A stretch of 64,000 bases of DNA from an uncultured Dorea sp. (GCA_910577685.1 CAJTOH010000013.1:6493-70492); one strand, 5' to 3'. Shown: positions 9,418 through 19,358, numbered from the stretch's first letter. The notes: generated by a model not told the origin, from the sequence alone. Translations and numbers: made by a program.

Positions 9418-10503
9418 CTATTTCGCCTTAATATACCCCTTCGCAGTCAGCGCCTCCGCACATAGAACCGCGCCGCCCGCCGCACCGCGGACAGTATTGT
9501 GGGACAGACCGATAAATTTATAGTCGTACATACTGTCTTCCCGAAGCCGCCCGATGGAGACTCCCATCCCCTTCTCGAAATTCACATCCAGCGTTACCTG
9601 GGGACGGTTTTCCTCTTCCAAATACCGGATAAACTGCTTCGGCGCGCTTGGAAGATTTGCTTCCTGCGGATATCCCTTATAGTCCCTAAGCTTCTCAATC
9701 AACTGTTCTTTCGTCGGCTTCTTCTCAAAATTAATAAACACTGCCGCCGTATGTCCGTCCAGAACAGGGACACGGACGCACTGGCAGGTAATCTTCGGAA
9801 GCGCAGCTTTCACAATCTGTCCGTTCTCCACGGTTCCCAGCACACGGAGAGGCTCCTGTTCGCTCTTTTCTTCTTCCCCGCCGATATACGGGATCACATT
9901 CCCTTCCATCTCCGGCCAGTCCTTAAAGGTCTTGCCCGCCCCTGATATTGCCTGATAGGTCGTGGCGACTACCTCCGTCGGCCCGAATTCCTTCCACGCC
10001 GCAAGGCAGGGCGCATAACTCTGGATTGAGCAGTTTGGTTTTACCGCAATAAATCCCCGCACCGTCCCAAGACGTTTCCTCTGGGCCTCGATGACCTCAA
10101 AATGCCCGGAATTAATCTCCGGAACCACCATCGGCACATCGGGCGTCCAGCGGTGCGCGCTGTTGTTAGACACCACAGGGGTCTCCGTCTTCGCATATTC
10201 TTCTTCTATCGCCCGGATCTCATCCTTCGTCATATCCACGGCGCTGAACACGAACTCCACGGCTGCCGCAACTTTCTCTACCTCGTTGACATTCTGCACG
10301 GTAAGCCCTTTAACTGCGTCCGGCATCGGCGCGGCCATCTTCCACCGGTCCCCAACCGCCTCCTCATAGGTCTTTCCCGCCGACCTGGGGCTTGCCGCCA
10401 CCGTTGCGACCTCAAACCATGGATGCCCTTCAAGCAGAGAGATAAAACGCTGTCCGACCATTCCTGTTGCTCCCAAGATACCTACTTTTAATTTCTGTCC
10501 CAT
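9418..10503 (-). CDS. asd: aspartate-semialdehyde dehydrogenase
   Basis: VGILGATGMVGQRF NAD(P) motif, the catalytic NCSIQ Cys region and a C-terminal SHNTVRGAAG motif. Confidence 0.95.
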   Translation of the reverse strand: MGQKLKVGILGATGMVGQRFISLLEGHPWFEVATVAASPRSAGKTYEEAVGDRWKMAAPMPDAVKGLTVQNVNEVEKVAAAVEFVFSAVDMTKDEIRAIEEEYAKTETPVVSNNSAHRWTPDVPMVVPEINSGHFEVIEAQRKRLGTVRGFIAVKPNCSIQSYAPCLAAWKEFGPTEVVATTYQAISGAGKTFKDWPEMEGNVIPYIGGEEEKSEQEPLRVLGTVENGQIVKAALPKITCQCVRVPVLDGHTAAVFINFEKKPTKEQLIEKLRDYKGYPQEANLPSAPKQFIRYLEEENRPQVTLDVNFEKGMGVSIGRLREDSMYDYKFIGLSHNTVRGAAGGAVLCAEALTAKGYIKAK

Positions 10504-10559
10504 GATTCAACACTCCTCTTATTCGTGATTCTATCTTACTTAAGCCGCTTAGACATTCC

Positions 10560-11939
10560 CTAATACTCTCCAAGATACTTCCTGCATGCGGCAATCTCCG
10601 CCTCCATCGCGGCCCTTCCCGGCGCCCCCGCCGTAATCCGCTTGTTGACGCAGGCCGCCATACTGATTGCCTCGTAAATATCCTCTTCAAACACAGGAGA
10701 AATCTTCCGGTATTCCTCCAGGGGCAGCTCATCCAACGCAACGTCCTTCTCAATGCACAGAAGCACCAGCCTGCCTACAATCCCGTGGGCGTCCCGAAAA
10801 GCAACCCCGCGGTTCACCAGATAATCCGCGGCATCCGTCGCATTGGTAAACCCATGCTTCGCACTTTCTTCCATCCGTTCTTTCTTAAAATGCATGGTCC
10901 TAAGCATGCCGGTAAACAGCGCAAGGCATCCCTTCGCCGTGTCGACCGCGTCAAACGACCACTCCTTATCCTCCTGCATATCTTTATTATATGCAAGGGG
11001 GATTCCCTTCATCGCAACCAGAAGAGCCTGCAGCGCCCCGTAGACCCGCCCGGTCTTTCCGCGTACCAGCTCCGCAATGTCCGGATTCTTCTTCTGGGGC
11101 ATGATGCTGCTGCCCGTACTGTAGGCATCGTCAATCTCCACAAACTGGTACTCGTTGGAATTCCAGATGATTACCTCCTCGGAGAAACGGCTTAAGTGCA
11201 TCATCATGATAGACAGCGCCGACAAAATCTCCAAAAGATAATCCCTGTCCGAAACTCCGTCCATACTGTTCCTCGTGGGTCCATTAAACCCAAGCAGGCC
11301 GGCCGTGTAATCCCGATCCAGCGGATAGGTTGTTCCCGCCAGCGCGCCGGAGCCTAACGGGCAGGTGTCCATCCGCCTGTAAATATCATTAAGCCTCTCG
11401 TGGTCTCTGCTAAACATCTCAAAATACGCCCCCATATGATGTGCAAGCGTAACCGGCTGCGCCTTCTGCAGATGGGTAAACCCGGGCATATAGGTATCCA
11501 CATGCTCCTCCATAACCGCCAAAATCGCCTCCAGAAGTTCTTTCACAAGCTGGTTCAATATATGTACCTCGTCCCGTGCATAGAGCTTCATATCCAACGC
11601 CACCTGGTCGTTACGGCTGCGCCCCGTATGCAGCTTCTTCCCCGGTTCTCCGATCCGGTCGATCAGCGTCGCCTCCACAAAACTGTGGATGTCTTCATAT
11701 TGATCCGTAATCTCAAGCCTACCGTTCTCCACGTCGCTTAAGATTCCCTCCAGACCTTCTACAATCTTCTCCTTCTCCCCATCCGTCAAGATCCCCTGCC
11801 TTGCCAGCATCATCACATGGGCAATACTGCCCCTGATATCCTGAGCATAGAATCTCTTGTCAAATGAGATCGATGCGTTAAACTGATATACAAGCTGGTC
11901 CGTTTCTTTTGTAAAACGTCCGCCCCATAACTGTGCCAT
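10560..11939 (-). CDS. argH: argininosuccinate lyase
   Basis: MAQLWGGRF...YTHLQKAQP-type motif (FTHLQKAQPVTLAHH) and the fumarate-lyase signature GSSIMPQKKNPD. Confidence 0.95.
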   Translation of the reverse strand: MAQLWGGRFTKETDQLVYQFNASISFDKRFYAQDIRGSIAHVMMLARQGILTDGEKEKIVEGLEGILSDVENGRLEITDQYEDIHSFVEATLIDRIGEPGKKLHTGRSRNDQVALDMKLYARDEVHILNQLVKELLEAILAVMEEHVDTYMPGFTHLQKAQPVTLAHHMGAYFEMFSRDHERLNDIYRRMDTCPLGSGALAGTTYPLDRDYTAGLLGFNGPTRNSMDGVSDRDYLLEILSALSIMMMHLSRFSEEVIIWNSNEYQFVEIDDAYSTGSSIMPQKKNPDIAELVRGKTGRVYGALQALLVAMKGIPLAYNKDMQEDKEWSFDAVDTAKGCLALFTGMLRTMHFKKERMEESAKHGFTNATDAADYLVNRGVAFRDAHGIVGRLVLLCIEKDVALDELPLEEYRKISPVFEEDIYEAISMAACVNKRITAGAPGRAAMEAEIAACRKYLGEY

Positions 11940-12002
11940 ATCTATTCATCTCCCTTGCATTTTACCGCCTTATACTTCTAAAAACGGATATTATATAATC
12001 TT

Positions 12003-12617
12003 CTACGCCCTGCGCGACACGGCAACGGAAAATTCACACCCGCAGTAATCCTGCCTGTAAAGGCCGTACTTCTTCGACAATTCGATCGAGCGTTTGTAAC
12101 CGTTCTTCTTCTTGAAATCAGACGGCAGGTACTCTACCCCATACTCCTTAGAAAGCCGTATGCCGATCTCATTAAGCCGTATGGTATTCTTAAGGGGACT
12201 GATGCTGAGGGTCGTCGCAAAATAATCAAATCCGCATTTTTTCGCAACCTCCGCCGTCTCCCGAAGCCTAAGTTCATAACATCTGAAACAGCGTTCTCCG
12301 CCCTCTTTGAGATGTTCCATCCCTCTCGCCATGTCATAAAAGCGGTCCTTATCATAATTCCCTGCCATAAATGAAATCGGATGCTGGGTTCTCATCTTTG
12401 CAATCAACGTCTGCTGTTCCAGAATCCGTTTGGTATATTCACTCTCCGGATAAATATTCGGATTATAATAGAATGTCGTAATCTCAAAATAATTACTCAG
12501 ATATTCAAGCACATAGCTGCTGCAAGGCGCGCAGCAGCTATGCAGCAGAAGGCTTGGCGCCTTCTCTTCCTTTCCCAGACGCTCAATCAATTTCTCTAGT
12601 TCTTTCTGATAATTCAT
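12003..12617 (-). CDS. queH: epoxyqueuosine reductase QueH (DUF208)
   Basis: LLLHSCCAPCSSYVLEYL and C-terminal YRQDYCGCEFS Cys clusters typical of QueH. The start was moved to the ATG (MNYQKE) 9 nt after GAGGAGA. Confidence 0.85.
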   Translation of the reverse strand: MNYQKELEKLIERLGKEEKAPSLLLHSCCAPCSSYVLEYLSNYFEITTFYYNPNIYPESEYTKRILEQQTLIAKMRTQHPISFMAGNYDKDRFYDMARGMEHLKEGGERCFRCYELRLRETAEVAKKCGFDYFATTLSISPLKNTIRLNEIGIRLSKEYGVEYLPSDFKKKNGYKRSIELSKKYGLYRQDYCGCEFSVAVSRRA

Positions 12618-12774
12618 CTGAACCCTTCTCCTCTTAATGAACATTACCGTAAGTATACTTTTGAATTATAACCGCTTTCACCGCTTCTGGCAAGGTTAAT
12701 CCTTCACTAAATTATGATATTTACATAAACTAGTATAACAGTAGCTGAATCTAAACAAAATACAGGAGGTTTCT

Positions 12775-13542
12775 ATGGAACAAGTATTAGAACTCAAACA
12801 TATCCATTATGCCTATCACACCCTGGAAGGGGAAACCCCTGCTCTTACGGACATATCCTTTGCACTGAACAAGGGGGAATTCGTATCCATAGTAGGACCT
12901 TCGGGCTGCGGCAAATCTACGCTGCTTTCACTGATCGCAGGACTCCTCGAACCGGAAAAGGGCCTGATCAAGATCAATGGAAAATACTTAAAAGAGAGCA
13001 CCACCAACGTTGGCTACATGCTCCAGCACGACGAACTCTTCGAATGGCGGACCATCTACAGCAACGTAATCCTCGGTCTGGAAGTCCAGCACATGCTAAC
13101 CGCCCGTACCAAGGAGCGAGCCCACGAGCTTTTGGACCTCTACGGGCTGCGCCAATTCGAGACCTCCCGGCCCTCCGAACTTTCCGGCGGAATGAGGCAG
13201 CGTGCCGCGCTGATCCGTACTTTAGTCCTAGAACCGGACCTGCTGCTTCTGGATGAACCTTTTTCCGCATTGGACTACCAGACGCGCCTGACCGTTGGGG
13301 ACGATATCGGCCAGATCATCCGCAAAGAGGGGAAATCAGCCCTCCTTGTAACCCACGACCTGTCGGAAGCCATCTCGCTTGCCGACCGGGTCATCATCCT
13401 CTCCGGCAGGCCGGCAACCATTAAACAGACCATTCCCCTGATCTTTGACCTTGGCGCAGACACACCCCTAAACCGGCGCAACGCCCCGGAATTTAAAACA
13501 TATTTTAATCTCATATGGAAGGAGTTGAATACAGATGAGTAA
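12775..13542 (+). CDS. ABC transporter ATP-binding protein (NitT/TauT-like)
   Basis: Walker A GPSGCGKST, signature LSGGMRQR, Walker B LLLLDEPFSALD, and an H-loop THD. AGGAGG RBS is present. Confidence 0.9.
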   Translation: MEQVLELKHIHYAYHTLEGETPALTDISFALNKGEFVSIVGPSGCGKSTLLSLIAGLLEPEKGLIKINGKYLKESTTNVGYMLQHDELFEWRTIYSNVILGLEVQHMLTARTKERAHELLDLYGLRQFETSRPSELSGGMRQRAALIRTLVLEPDLLLLDEPFSALDYQTRLTVGDDIGQIIRKEGKSALLVTHDLSEAISLADRVIILSGRPATIKQTIPLIFDLGADTPLNRRNAPEFKTYFNLIWKELNTDE

Positions 13543-14332
13543 CCTGTCAGCAGGACAACAGAAATATCTTCTCATGCACCGCAAACATAAACGAATTGTC
13601 AGAATATCCCGGATACTGATACTGTTAAGTTTTTTATTTATCTGGGAATTCACCGCCAACGTAGGGATCATTGATTCTTTTATTTTCAGCAGCCCCTCCA
13701 AGATCGCGCTTTGTTTCTTTGGTATGGTTCTGGATAAGAGTATCTTTCTCCATCTCGGAGTCACCTTATATGAAACAATCTTAAGTTTCCTGCTCGTAAT
13801 TGCCATCAGCATACTGGTGGCAGTTGCCCTGTGGTTCAGCAGCAAGCTCTCCGAAATACTGGATCCCTATCTGGTGGTGCTGAACAGCCTGCCCAAATCC
13901 GCTCTGGCGCCTCTTCTGATCGTATGGCTGGGCGCATCCAAGACGACCATCATCGTCGCCGGCATGTCGGTCGCCATATTCGGAAGCATCCTAAATCTTT
14001 ACACCAGCTTTACCACCGTGGATCCCGGCAAGATCAAGCTGATCTATACTCTGGGCGGAAACCGATTCCACGCCCTGTCGAAAGTGGTGCTGCCAAGCTC
14101 CATCCCGGCGATCATCAGCAATATGAAAGTCAACATCGGGCTATGTCTGGTAGGGGTGATTATCGGGGAATTCTTGGCGGCAAGAGACGGCCTTGGATAT
14201 CTGATTATATATTCCAGCCAAGTATTTAAAATGGATTGGCTCCTGATGAGCATCGTCCTTTTATGCATCATGGCAATGCTTTTATACTCCCTGATCAGCC
14301 TGTTAGAAAAATGGTGCCGCCGCCGCTTCTAA
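13535..14332 (+). CDS. ABC transporter permease (NitT/TauT-like, BPD_transp_1)
   Basis: About six TM helices. It overlaps the ATPase gene by 8 nt, suggesting translational coupling. No substrate-binding protein gene is adjacent. Confidence 0.85.
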   Translation: MSNLSAGQQKYLLMHRKHKRIVRISRILILLSFLFIWEFTANVGIIDSFIFSSPSKIALCFFGMVLDKSIFLHLGVTLYETILSFLLVIAISILVAVALWFSSKLSEILDPYLVVLNSLPKSALAPLLIVWLGASKTTIIVAGMSVAIFGSILNLYTSFTTVDPGKIKLIYTLGGNRFHALSKVVLPSSIPAIISNMKVNIGLCLVGVIIGEFLAARDGLGYLIIYSSQVFKMDWLLMSIVLLCIMAMLLYSLISLLEKWCRRRF

Positions 14333-14434
14333 AATTCCTCAAACGCTTTCGGCAAAAACTACCGCCGAAAAGCACATCAGGAGATGCCAAAAAAGCACCT
14401 CCTGCCTACATACTCATTCTGTCCCACTGACAGA

Positions 14435-14484
14435 ATGAAGCCTGCTCCACGCATATACTTATGAAGCCTGATCCGCGCATATAC
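14435..14484. repeat. 24-nt direct repeat x2 (period 26) immediately after the GNAT-fusion stop codon
   Basis: ATGAAGCCTGCTCCACGCATATAC (14435-14458) and ATGAAGCCTGATCCGCGCATATAC (14461-14484). A perfect 9-bp hairpin, CATTCTGTC/GACAGAATG, lies at 14415-14437. Confidence 0.6.
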
Positions 14485-15969
14485 CTATCTCAATTTCTTC
14501 CACAAGCCGCTGTCAGACGCATGGGCTTCTATCTCCTCTAGGGTATACGGCGCAGTCACCCATACATAGCCCCGGTCGTTCTCATCGTCCGCGGCATAAT
14601 TCAGATCAAATCCGATCTCAATCCCATCCGCATCCAGAAAGAAATTCACATCATAAACGCCGTTCTGACTGTCCCCCTCCAGAGCCTTCTTCAAAGTCTC
14701 CTGATCTGCTTCCGACAGAAACGCATCGTCTTCTGCCTCGCCGCGCATCCTTACAAGCCAGTCCTCCATAAAGGCGTCGCTGAGCTTCACGATATCCTTA
14801 AGCTCATAGACCTTCCCGTCCTTCAGATTAATATTGCAGGTACGCAGATGCTGGGCATAATAATTCTGCCCTCCTTCGTAACCGTAATCCTCATATACCA
14901 CGCTGAGAACATCCTCGGACGCATAGCAGACCTTGTAGTCCACATAATCAATCAACATCGGGTACTCTTCCCCGATAACCCGCTCCCTGATCTCCGGTAC
15001 AGGATCGTCATAAATCCTCTTCACGGTCTCCATAGCCCGGGCTTTAAGTATCTCGTTTACCTCTTTCTGGACAGAGGCGTCCCCAAGCCCGCTGATCTTA
15101 GGATAACTTACCTGAAATTCAATCACCATGGACTGTTTCTCTTCATCCGAAAATTCATACATATCTTCCTCAATGTCATAGGAAATATTATCGTCAATCA
15201 TCTCCGGAATCGCCCAGATTCCCGACGCTTCCGCCTCTTCCTCATATTCGTCGCCGCCATACTCATACGGGAACTCTTCGGAACCGAATCCATAATCGTA
15301 ATCGTTGCCGTAATTATCGTCATTGTCATTATTGAAATCCGGAGTGTTACCGTTCCAGTTCCATTCCCGCTGACGATCGAGCTCAGCGCGAAATTCACGG
15401 AATGCATTGACGCCTATAAACGACAGCGCCAATACTAAAACCACGCCGAACACCCCAAGGGCAATCCACGGAGCCTTAGACTGCTTGTTCTTCGGAGACA
15501 CCATTCCCAGATTCACATACATCTCCATGGGAATATAGCGCATCCCTTCCCGTTCCTGCTCCCCGGAAACAGGACGCATCCCCATATGTATATACAAATC
15601 CGCCGCATCCGGCGCCGCGTTGACCGTCAGCCTTCCCGCGTGCAGATACTGCGCGCAGTGGTAGTACGCCTGCTGGAACAGCAAACGGCCGATTCCCTGC
15701 CCCTGACGCTCTTTTGCCACAAAGAAAAGGGCAATGTGGCCGTCCTGCCTTAAAGCGAGCGTGCCGCACAGCGCCGCCCCGTCGTATGCGCCGAAGAAAA
15801 TCAAGTCTCCCCGCTTCCAGATCTGACTGATATAATCATATTTAATAAACTTCTGAAACGAAGCCACACCCTCCGGGGTACTCTTCGGTGCAATCGCATC
15901 CGCATAGACCTCCCAGACAAGGCGCAGCGCCGGAAGCAACTCCGGCTGCTGCAATATCCTTATTTCCAT
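14485..15969 (-). CDS. GNAT N-acetyltransferase fused via one TM helix to an extracellular RsiV-like (DUF4163/DUF3298-type) domain
   Basis: Residues 1-150 carry the GNAT motif A (ALFFVAKERQGQGIGRLLF). Residues 166-190 form a TM helix (APWIALGVFGVVLVLALSFIGVNAF). Residues 208-250 are a D/E/Y/N-rich linker. The C-terminal 230 aa resemble the RsiV/PdaC extracellular fold (EFQVSYPKISGL...VNEILK...DYKVCYASEDVLSVVYE...NFFLDADGIEIGF). Confidence 0.75.
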   Translation of the reverse strand: MEIRILQQPELLPALRLVWEVYADAIAPKSTPEGVASFQKFIKYDYISQIWKRGDLIFFGAYDGAALCGTLALRQDGHIALFFVAKERQGQGIGRLLFQQAYYHCAQYLHAGRLTVNAAPDAADLYIHMGMRPVSGEQEREGMRYIPMEMYVNLGMVSPKNKQSKAPWIALGVFGVVLVLALSFIGVNAFREFRAELDRQREWNWNGNTPDFNNDNDDNYGNDYDYGFGSEEFPYEYGGDEYEEEAEASGIWAIPEMIDDNISYDIEEDMYEFSDEEKQSMVIEFQVSYPKISGLGDASVQKEVNEILKARAMETVKRIYDDPVPEIRERVIGEEYPMLIDYVDYKVCYASEDVLSVVYEDYGYEGGQNYYAQHLRTCNINLKDGKVYELKDIVKLSDAFMEDWLVRMRGEAEDDAFLSEADQETLKKALEGDSQNGVYDVNFFLDADGIEIGFDLNYAADDENDRGYVWVTAPYTLEEIEAHASDSGLWKKLR

Positions 15970-16024
15970 ATTCCAAAGCCTCCTAGCTTTTGTAACCGAT
16001 TTGCAGGGCAGATCGGCCGCCTGA

Positions 16025-17269
16025 TTACTTTCTTCCGATCAGTTCCTCCCGAAGAAGGGTCAGCGCCCTTGCCACGGCGGACTCCCGGTTCTTCTCTCTG
16101 TTCCCTGTGAAATAAAACTCCTCCACCCGGACATGCCCTTTCACATAACATCCTGCGTATACAAGCCCCACCGGCTTCTCCGCAGTTCCTCCGCCGGGTC
16201 CGGCAATCCCCGTCACACTAAGCGCCGCGTCCGCGCCGGCCGCCTTCGCCGCGCCCCGGGCCATCTCCTCGGCCGTCTGCGGGCTTACCGCGCCGTACTG
16301 CACCAGGGTTTCCCTCTTTACCCCCAGCAGACGCTCCTTCGCATCATTGGAATAGGTAACATACCCCTCCTTATATACGTTAGAAGCCCCGGGGACATTG
16401 GTAATCCTGCCGGAGATCAGTCCCCCCGTACAGGATTCCGCCGTCGTCACGGTCATCTTTTGCTCCTCAAGAAGCTTTACGATCGCCGCCTCAAGAGTCA
16501 CTTCCTCCTCCGTGGTGTAAATCTTATCGCCGAACCTGCGGGACAGCTCCTCCATGATAGGGGCAAACAGCCTTTCCGCCTCCGCCTCATCCGCCGCCTT
16601 TGCCGTCACGCGGAAATGTACCTCCCCCGTCTTCGCATAGGGAGCGATCGTCGGATTAGTCTGCGCGTCCATCAGGTCGGCCACCATCGTCTCCGCCTTG
16701 CTCTCTCCAATGGAACAGATCTTCACCATCTTCGAGTAGATACCCTCCGGCTGCAGGCGGTTCAGATAGGGCGCAATATCCCTCTCAAACATAGGCTTTA
16801 TCTCATCCGGCGGTCCCGGCAGCAGGATCGCCGTCTTCCCGTCCGCCTCCATAATCAGCCCCGGAGCCGTCCCGTTATGGTTGTCCACCACTCTCGCTCC
16901 CTCCGGAACCATCGCCTGTTTCCAGTTGTTGGGCGTAACCGAAGCGCTGCGCACCCTGCGGAAATAATCCTCAATCCTCTCCCTCGTGCGGGCGTCCTCA
17001 TACAATTCCTTCCCAAAAACCTTAGCCGTTACCTCCTTGGTCAGATCGTCCTTGGTTGGCCCAAGCCCTCCGCTCAAAATCAATATATCCGACCTTGAAA
17101 GAGCCCGTCTCACAGCCTCTTCAAGACGCTCCTCATTATCCCCCACCACGCTCTGGTAATAGCAGGAAAGTCCCAGCGCCGCACACTGCTCGGACAGATA
17201 CGCCGCATTCGTATTCACAATATTTCCCAACAGGATCTCTGTACCTACGGAAATAAATTCTACCGTCAT
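16025..17269 (-). CDS. cinA: competence/damage-inducible protein CinA (MoCF-binding domain plus NMN amidohydrolase PncC domain)
   Basis: FISVGTEILLGNIVNTNAAYLS N-terminus, LGPTKDDLTKE, and C-terminal TTAESCTGGL...VTGIAGPGGG. Confidence 0.9.
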   Translation of the reverse strand: MTVEFISVGTEILLGNIVNTNAAYLSEQCAALGLSCYYQSVVGDNEERLEEAVRRALSRSDILILSGGLGPTKDDLTKEVTAKVFGKELYEDARTRERIEDYFRRVRSASVTPNNWKQAMVPEGARVVDNHNGTAPGLIMEADGKTAILLPGPPDEIKPMFERDIAPYLNRLQPEGIYSKMVKICSIGESKAETMVADLMDAQTNPTIAPYAKTGEVHFRVTAKAADEAEAERLFAPIMEELSRRFGDKIYTTEEEVTLEAAIVKLLEEQKMTVTTAESCTGGLISGRITNVPGASNVYKEGYVTYSNDAKERLLGVKRETLVQYGAVSPQTAEEMARGAAKAAGADAALSVTGIAGPGGGTAEKPVGLVYAGCYVKGHVRVEEFYFTGNREKNRESAVARALTLLREELIGRK

Positions 17270-17272
17270 CCG

Positions 17273-17815
17273 TTACATACCCCCTTGTGTCAACACCTGT
17301 ACATTCTTGGCAACATAATCGATCAATGAAACGACCGTCAAGATTAAGGATACCCAGATTAACGCTATTCCAATCATATCAAATACACCGCCGAAGTCCG
17401 CGATCAAAACGATAATCATAGCCATCTGGGAAACCGTCTTGAATTTCCCCCAATAGCTGGCCGCAATCACAATGCCGTTGTCCGAGGCAACCAGACGGAA
17501 TCCGCTGATAATGAACTCCCGGGCAATGATCACGATCACGATCCACGCCTCTAAGTCCCCCGAGGGGATGAGGCAGATCATGGCCGAACATACCAGCAGT
17601 TTGTCCGCCAACGGGTCCATAAATTTCCCGAAATTGGTCACCAGATTCCTTGCACGCGCTATCTTTCCGTCCAGCATGTCCGTCAAACTCGCCACGCAGA
17701 AGATCACAAGCGCAATCCATTTATTCGCAGCGCCCCCTGCGTCCGTCAGCATAAAAAAAACAAAAAAAGGCACCATAATCACTCGAAGCACCGTCAGTTT
17801 ATTTGGTAAATTCAT
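17273..17815 (-). CDS. pgsA: CDP-diacylglycerol--glycerol-3-phosphate 3-phosphatidyltransferase
   Basis: NLPNKLTVLRV...DMLDGKIAR...FGKFMDPLADK is the CDP-alcohol phosphatidyltransferase motif. It overlaps rimO by 4 nt. Confidence 0.9.
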   Translation of the reverse strand: MNLPNKLTVLRVIMVPFFVFFMLTDAGGAANKWIALVIFCVASLTDMLDGKIARARNLVTNFGKFMDPLADKLLVCSAMICLIPSGDLEAWIVIVIIAREFIISGFRLVASDNGIVIAASYWGKFKTVSQMAMIIVLIADFGGVFDMIGIALIWVSLILTVVSLIDYVAKNVQVLTQGGM

Positions 17816-19137
17816 ACGATCAACTCTCCTATCAAATCATATTCCAAAGCGCCGGTCACTCTCACTCTCGCAAAATCCCCGGTCACCAATTCCTCCTCTG
17901 TCTGTACGAAGATCAAACCGTCCACGTTGGGGGCGTCCCGGTAGGTTCTGCCCACATAGGCGTCTTCGTCCGCAACTTTGCCCTCAATCATCACCAGGAC
18001 TTCCCTTCCGATCATCGCATCCGCCTGTTCAAACGCGATCTCCTGCTGGAGTTCCATCAATTCCGCCTGCCGCTCTTCCTTGACCTCTTCCTCTATCTGG
18101 TCCGGCAGGTCCGCCGCCGGCGTATCCTCCTCCAAAGAATAGGTAAATACCCCCAGACGGTCGAACTCCATCTCGTCCACAAAATCCATAAGCTCCTCAT
18201 GCTGTTCCTTCGTCTCCCCCGGGAACCCTGTAATCAGCGTGGTACGGATCGCAATATCCGGAATCTCTTCCCTGAGCTTAGCGACTACCTCCCTGAGCTG
18301 CTCTTTCGACGTCCGTCTTCCCATCTTTTTTAAGATCCCGTCGCTGGCGTGCTGAATCGGCAGGTCCAGATAATGACAGATCTTCTTCTCTTCCTTTATC
18401 ACCCGGATCAGCTCGTCATCCACTTCTTCCGGGTAGCAATACAGAATCCTTATCCAACGGATTCCATTAATCTTGCATAATTCCCGCAATAACCTGTGAA
18501 GCGACTTCTCCCCGTAAAGGTCCTTCCCATAAAGGGTAGTTTCCTGCGCTACCAGAATCAGCTCCTTCACACCCTGTCCGGCAAGCTCTCCGGCTTCTTC
18601 CAAAAGCCTCTCCATCGGCACGCTTCTATAATTCCCGCGAATCTTCGGAATGATGCAGTAAGTGCAGTGTTTATCGCATCCTTCGGCAATTTTCAGATAT
18701 GCATAATGCCCGCCTGTGGTCACAAGCCTCTTTCCTGCCGCTTGAGGCAGCTCGCTGAGGCTTCTAAGCTCCACGCCGCCCTTTCCCGCCAGCGAATCCT
18801 CCACAGCCCGGACAATCTGGTCATAGGAAGTTGTCCCAAGAACCGCATCCACCTCCGGAATCTCCTCAAGAATCTCCTGCTGGTACCGTTGGGCAAGGCA
18901 TCCTGTCACCACCAACGCCTTAAGCCTTCCGGTTTCCTTATATTCTGCCATCTCTAAAATGGTCCGGATGCTCTCCTCCTTCGCATCATGAATGAAGCAG
19001 CAGGTATTGACCACGATCACATCCGCCTGCGTCTCATCATCCACCATCTGATATCCCTTCGCATCCAGAAGCCCCAGCATAACTTCCGAATCCACCAGAT
19101 TCTTGTCACATCCCAGAGAGATAAATAATATGTTCAT
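17812..19137 (-). CDS. rimO: ribosomal protein S12 methylthiotransferase
   Basis: MTTase N-domain (ISLGCDKNLVDSE), radical-SAM CDKHCTYCIIP, and a C-terminal TRAM domain. Confidence 0.9.
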   Translation of the reverse strand: MNILFISLGCDKNLVDSEVMLGLLDAKGYQMVDDETQADVIVVNTCCFIHDAKEESIRTILEMAEYKETGRLKALVVTGCLAQRYQQEILEEIPEVDAVLGTTSYDQIVRAVEDSLAGKGGVELRSLSELPQAAGKRLVTTGGHYAYLKIAEGCDKHCTYCIIPKIRGNYRSVPMERLLEEAGELAGQGVKELILVAQETTLYGKDLYGEKSLHRLLRELCKINGIRWIRILYCYPEEVDDELIRVIKEEKKICHYLDLPIQHASDGILKKMGRRTSKEQLREVVAKLREEIPDIAIRTTLITGFPGETKEQHEELMDFVDEMEFDRLGVFTYSLEEDTPAADLPDQIEEEVKEERQAELMELQQEIAFEQADAMIGREVLVMIEGKVADEDAYVGRTYRDAPNVDGLIFVQTEEELVTGDFARVRVTGALEYDLIGELIV

Positions 19138-19262
19138 CCCTTCCTCCTTCCACGCCGCCGTTCCCGCAATCTTTTGGGAAAACCGGCAAACCGCCCGCCG
19201 ATAAAAGATCGCCCTTACGTACTCTATGGCAAGAAAGGGCTGTCGGGAAATGCTGTATTTCT

Positions 19263-19284
19263 ACAATATATGTTTATATATTGT
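19263..19284. promoter_or_regulatory. perfect 9-bp inverted repeat (possible operator) upstream of rimO
   Basis: ACAATATAT-GTTT-ATATATTGT lies in the 221-nt rpoZ-rimO spacer. It is AT-rich, so a chance occurrence is possible. Confidence 0.25.
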
Positions 19285-19358
19285 GTGAAATTGTCATTTT
19301 CCGATAGCCCCACATTACCCCTGTCTATGCCATAGCAGTTCAGTAACCGCCGCTGCGG

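Noticed and set aside
12645-12774. Riboswitch (for example TPP) ahead of the NitT/TauT-type ABC transporter.
   Set aside because: The spacer is only 130 nt and also has to hold the divergent queH promoter. No conserved riboswitch core, such as CUGAGA for TPP, was seen.
16133-17098. Long antisense ORFs opposite well-supported genes: 16133..17098, 5594..6304, 19659..20417, 25296..26090, 46592..47392, 49243..49989, 54491..55315, 31475..32089 and 35836..36294.
   Set aside because: Each lies fully inside a gene with clear family motifs on the other strand. Their products are Arg/Leu/His/Pro-rich low-complexity sequences with no RBS, typical of mirror-frame ORFs.
19138-19358. Long-range pairing GGGCTGTCGGGAAA / TTTTCCGATAGCCC and the hairpin GTAACCGC-CGCT-GCGGTTAC in the rpoZ-rimO spacer, considered as a possible sRNA or riboswitch.
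   Set aside because: The pairing needs G-U pairs that form only on the plus (non-coding) strand and encloses a 48-nt AT-rich loop. No conserved riboswitch motifs are recognisable. The small hairpin overlaps the rpoZ stop and lacks a U-tract.
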